From the NCBI GenBank assembly GCA_010093995.1, contig ML992512.1, positions 1 through 64,000 on the forward strand: 64,000 bases of DNA. Reading direction: 5' to 3'. A program made the position numbers and the translations under genes. A model generated the notes under the pieces. It was given only the letters and a program-made list of their open reading frames with translations, was not told the DNA's origin and ran no database searches. Origin of the DNA: Elsinoe ampelina. Its lineage: Eukaryota. Of the stretch, positions 59,480-64,000 are shown piece by piece. How positions within the stretch are numbered: position 1 is the first letter of the stretch; each line of letters opens with the position of its first letter.

Positions 59480-60386
59480 GGTGGTGAATGGAGGCAGTTG
59501 TGTGAGGGTGAAGTGGAAAGAGGGGGCGATCTCACATGCGTATATATCACCCGCTGATGATCCCCAACCATTGAACAACGACAAAGCACGACAGCAACAG
59601 CATCACCGGCGGCACTTTACACGGAAGGCGCCACCTATCCAAGCAGCTTCCTAGTCCAATAACATCTCACGATCAGCAATATAGATGGACAGAAAGCCAG
59701 TCGAGATCCACCGATTACCGTGCAGGCGGCGGCAAGGTAGGGAGAGTGACGCAGGGTAGAGGACAAGCCTTAGTGTCGACCTGCCAAATCGACTATGGCG
59801 CCTCATGGCGTTTTCTTGACATCGGATAGCGGAGGACGTGGTTGAGATTAATTGCGTGAGGAGGTGGAGGAGGCCAAGAGATGATCGGCTTTGGGACCTG
59901 CGATTTTGGGGCTGGACAAGTCAGCGAATCCATGACTTGCAGTCAGCCAAGCGCGTGCGCCATCATTTGTATCGTGGGCAGGGTCTTGCCGATGTTAGGC
60001 GGCGTGTTCGTTGAAGGGACCCGAGATGCAGGGACAACGGGATAAGTCACTTGAGTTTTGCGACATTCAAGACCGCATCTCGCGTGGGCGGACGTAGACT
60101 ACGCATCACATTTCGCTGGACGCTTCAGACGACTTTCCAGTCCGAGTATAAGCTCATGGGCACAGACTCTACGAAATAGTACGAAGTAGACTCTGCCAGC
60201 TTGTGAGCTGGCCCTATCTTAGGCTTCACACCACATATCGGGAGCCGACGGTCTCGACGGCAGACTCGGACCAACATCAAGAACCGCATGGTCGACGACA
60301 GCATGTATGTCTCTTGCTGACTGCAACCTCGCTCTCAGCTTCTAGCAGCAATGGTAGGTCTCCGGCCAGGTATCTCCTCATGAGCA

Positions 60387-60986
60387 TCAAAGCGCACTCT
60401 TCTCACACCCAACCTGCCTACAAAAATGCCTCCTCCTTTTCTCAAAATGAATATCCTGCCTCGCCGGTCTGCTCTCCCTCCCCTCCTTCTCCATCACCAC
60501 CATCCCTGTCTCCCCCCTCGTTCCCCCAAGAGTAAGCCGGTCTTTGATGTCCGTCGCCACCAGCCCCTTGATTGCACTCGCCGTCTCTTCAGCCCTCTTC
60601 GGACCCTCCTTTTTCCCTCTTGATTCCCCTCCAGTCCTCTTCTTCATGCTCCTACCCTTCTCACTCGGCCCTCCCGTGTTGTAGGGCGTCCAGATACTCA
60701 CGAAATCGGAGATGGTAATTCCGCTGATGGGGCCTTGCTCGGAGTAACCGCTTGTTTTGTAGGCGAGGTAGGTGGCGATAGGGGTGATGCGGGTGTTGTG
60801 CAAGGAGGAGATGAGGAGGCGGTAGAGCATGGCACTGGAGAGCGATGTCTTTGCAGCGAGGGTTTTGACGAAGACGGGTGTAAAGGGGGAGAGCTTCGCG
60901 GCGACGAGAGTGCCCATTGGGACAGTGGTTGGGAGGAGGTAGTACTGCGTCAAGAATGGAGAGAGAAAGGGTGCTGCTGTGGCCAT
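60387..60986 (-). CDS. Hypothetical protein, 199-aa ORF; gene model uncertain
   Basis: ATG-initiated ORF with C-ending codons in the 5' half; no recognisable domain; may be spliced. Confidence 0.35.
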   Translation of the reverse strand: MATAAPFLSPFLTQYYLLPTTVPMGTLVAAKLSPFTPVFVKTLAAKTSLSSAMLYRLLISSLHNTRITPIATYLAYKTSGYSEQGPISGITISDFVSIWTPYNTGGPSEKGRSMKKRTGGESRGKKEGPKRAEETASAIKGLVATDIKDRLTLGGTRGETGMVVMEKEGRESRPARQDIHFEKRRRHFCRQVGCEKSAL

Positions 60987-61391
60987 GTGTGGAAGAGACT
61001 GATTGATAGATCTCAGGTGGAATCAGGTCGAGGCAGTCTATAGCTTGTCATCGTGTGGTACGGCGATATCAATGTAATGGACACCGCGATCGCTCCTGCC
61101 ATATGCGAGGATTACAGGTTCAGGATGCAAAAATTTGATTTCAGCCAGGACTGTTTTCCTAGAAAGGCTTGTCACTTTTCTGTGCATGCGTTGCCACTTA
61201 TATACTCTTCTGTCCATTATCATAATACAGCTTGTCCTCTTCGAATCAAAATCTTCCAATTTTCAGTGCGCTATGCGTCGTCATGTCTAAGGAGAGTCGT
61301 GATCTCGTCTTTTGTGCACGGACCGTGTCGTCGAAAAATGTACAGTATGTAGGAATGCTCGTGCTAGGTGTTGGTACTCAAGGAAGAATCA

Positions 61392-62873
61392 TTATAGAAG
61401 TTGGGCGAGGCCGAACAGACCACCAGCGACAGCAGCAAAGCGGCCACCAGCGATCATAGTCGGCGCGGCAAATGCACTGCTCACCAAGCTCGCATCGGCA
61501 GTAGAAGAGACAGACCCTCCAGAAGGGCTGCCATTGGTAGCCTGGGCGACCGGAGCGTATGAGGTGATGGTGCTACGCTGACCGTTGGGTAGAGTGGTGG
61601 TTTGCAGGACGATGCTGCTGACACGGCCACCAGCGGGTGTAAACGTAGTGACAAAGGTCCGTCCGTTACGTCCAGTTGTGGTGATAACCTCACCGAAGCT
61701 GACGGAAGATAGTGTGATGGGTTCGCCGTCTTGGTCGGTGGTAACGACGTTGATCTCGCCAGTGAACGAAGCAGGAGCATCAGGTGTGGGTGTCACAGCG
61801 GAGCCTCCGCTGGTCCCGCTTGGAGGGGCAGGGGCGCGAGTAGTGGATACGATGGTGTTGCCCTGGCCATCAGTAGTGGTGACAGGCACGTCGATACTGG
61901 ATGGAGGAGGTGCAGGGGCGCCGCCAGTCGAGCCACTACCACCAGTGTTGCCCGAGCCACCGCCAGCCGGGCTGCTGCTGGGCGGAAGCACGACGGGAGG
62001 CAGCGGAGTCGTAGAGTCTCCAGCAGGAGGTGCGGCAGATGTGGTTGGGCCAGGAGCTTGCGTGGGACCGGGCTCTTGCGTGGGCCCAGGCTGCTGCGTG
62101 GGAGGAGCAGGTTGAGACGGAGTGGTTGGAGCGGCAGGAGTGGTAGGAACATCTATAGCATGCTATGTCAGCTGACGATCTTGATGTGCGCAAAGTCTGA
62201 GTGCAAAGGAGTCGAAAATGGCACGTTTAGGACACTAAGCCATATCACAAAACGCTGAAACGATTCGCTGAATTGGGCTGGTCAAATGACTCGCCCGCGC
62301 CAGATGAATCAATATCAACATACCCGAATTGGCTGGATCCGTACCGGGGGAAGAGGAGAAGGAAGAGGGGGAGGGATTGGAAGAAATGGTCCCAGGGGAG
62401 GTATCGGTCTGACCTGGTGTAGAAATGGCAGGAGAGGAGGGCGAGGAGCCCGAAGAGGGAAGGGACGAGGACGCACCACCGGTCTCACCTTGCGATGAAG
62501 ATGGCGGAGCAGCCGTCGTGGAGGGAGGAGGGGGTTCGGCGGTCGTACCTGGGATAGTGGTGGTCGTAGCTTGGTCCGGAGTCGTTGTCGGTGTCGAGTC
62601 TACAGAGCTCACGTCGGTACCATTCTGACGCTTGCGCAGCAGAGGTCGTTTCTGCGACTTGCCTGGCAAGATGGGAGTGTCGCTCTGGTCGAGAGCTAGC
62701 TGTCCATTCAATAAACGCGCAGGATTGAGCTGATCCAGTATGTATTTCAGGTCTTGGATCCTCTTCGCTTGTGTGTCTGAAACATCTTGACCATCAGATT
62801 GTGCCCGTCCAGTTACGCAGATGACGAGTAGTAGGTGAGCTACCAGGAGAAGAAGCGAGCGTGGTGGTAGCAT
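61392..62873 (-). CDS. GPI-anchored Ser/Thr/Pro-rich cell-surface protein, ~436 aa; intron 62153-62323
   Basis: Signal peptide MLPPRSLLLLVAHLLLVICVTG; Kex2-like LRKR|Q; S/T/P-rich body with PGPTQ repeats; hydrophobic C-terminal GPI-like signal. The intron joins the two ORFs in frame. Confidence 0.85.
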
Positions 62874-64000
62874 CGCGAAAGTGGTCGTGACTGGGAGCCG
62901 GAAGGCAGGAATGGAAGGTAGTGCTCGCAGGGGCGATCAAATCTATATGTGGTGTACCTGCTGTTCCATGTAAGCCTAATTCCCAATTGCGCATCTGCAG
63001 AACTCAATCTTACCTCTGTGGCCACTGGGTATTTTTCTTTTGCTCTCAGCCGCAACGAAGACGAGGGCGGGACAAACGAACGCACGTTGAGCGCTCAACA
63101 GTCAACGGCCCGTGTCGATCGAATATCTACGAAGTATGTGATCCCGGACAAGACCAGGAGAATGATGCTGATGAACGAGCGACAGAGAAATGGATGGCAG
63201 GATAAAGGATAAGGCGAGCGGGGTGAGATGGAGCGATGGCGCTGGCGAGACGGTCTGGATATTTCTCTCTCCCACACCTCTACACTCTCACGCGTTGGCA
63301 AGAGGCGAACAAGCAGGGCAAATGCATGTCGCTGACTAGCCGCTTCTGCTCTGCTCAAACAAGGCAGTCCCGGAACGCCAATTGCAGATCAACTCAAACT
63401 TTCGACCAATCAGTGCACAAGATGTGATGGAATCTTGCCAGTCGCTGATCACAGTGGAGTGAAGTGGATCTCCTGCCAGAGCCGCAGTCGTCAGGTCTTC
63501 CAGTCCTGGACCTTCTAACGAAAGCCTCTGCCACAAAAACGTCTGTTCTCACGGCTTGACATGGATGCGAACACCTGTTTGCCAGTCGTGTCCTGGAAGC
63601 CATATTGCGACTTGCAAGCGAGATATGCCACTGACGACCGTCTCATTTCTCGACCAGGCTTTGCTGCGGCCATGTACCGTATCTGCCATCACTCGGTGGT
63701 CATGCTGGGTCAGTATCTTCCAGGATGGAGATCCGCAGCGCGACCGGGGATGCAGAATTCCTCCTCGTGTTCGAACGGCATCATCGTCCACCTGTCCAAT
63801 GGAAGCAATGTCGACTCCACTCAATGCAAGCCTCCCGCCTTCGCGAGCTCACATTTTCATGCGGTCCGTGCTATTCTCGAGCATCATCTTTCCACTGTCG
63901 AATGCCGTAGGTGAGACACACTTTATTCCCACAGGGATCGTGTGAGACTCCCCGCAAAGAGATCTGGACGTTGACCACTCGATTTATACAAGGCTGAGAT

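Noticed and set aside
62900..64000. Short ORFs at the window end
   Set aside because: No codon bias, splice pattern or domain; most likely upstream or intergenic sequence.

Overview
Filamentous ascomycete genomic DNA (short GT-AG introns with CTRAC branch points; Dothideomycete-like by my impression, not verified) in two sharply separated compartments. (1) 1-~23,440 is an AT-rich block of transposons inactivated by RIP. It holds a hAT element with a solo LTR in its transposase intron, a second inverted copy of that LTR, and an IS630/Tc1 transposase split by a Ty3/gypsy element (8204-21156). That gypsy element is itself split in its RT by a second chromodomain gypsy element (12485-18742). Target-site duplications are readable for both gypsy elements and the solo LTR. 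(2) ~23,440-64,000 is gene-rich: SREBP-like bHLH factor, HAD hydrolase, small secreted protein, MFS transporter, a tandem DUF6540-like pair, a PL4 lyase-GH105-MFS cluster, PTH11-like membrane protein, Nup98-Nup96, complex I 51-kDa subunit, Aha1, Kti12, M14 carboxypeptidase and a GPI-anchored protein. Best candidates for undescribed biology: the tandem pair in which one copy has lost all three putative catalytic residues (His/His/Cys); a PUL-like rhamnogalacturonan-I module with RhaR/GaaR/CreA-like motifs in a divergent promoter; a spliced antisense extra gene inside the outer gypsy element; and recurrent C-rich to G-rich skew flips independent of gene orientation. All family assignments come from motif recognition by eye; no searches were run.
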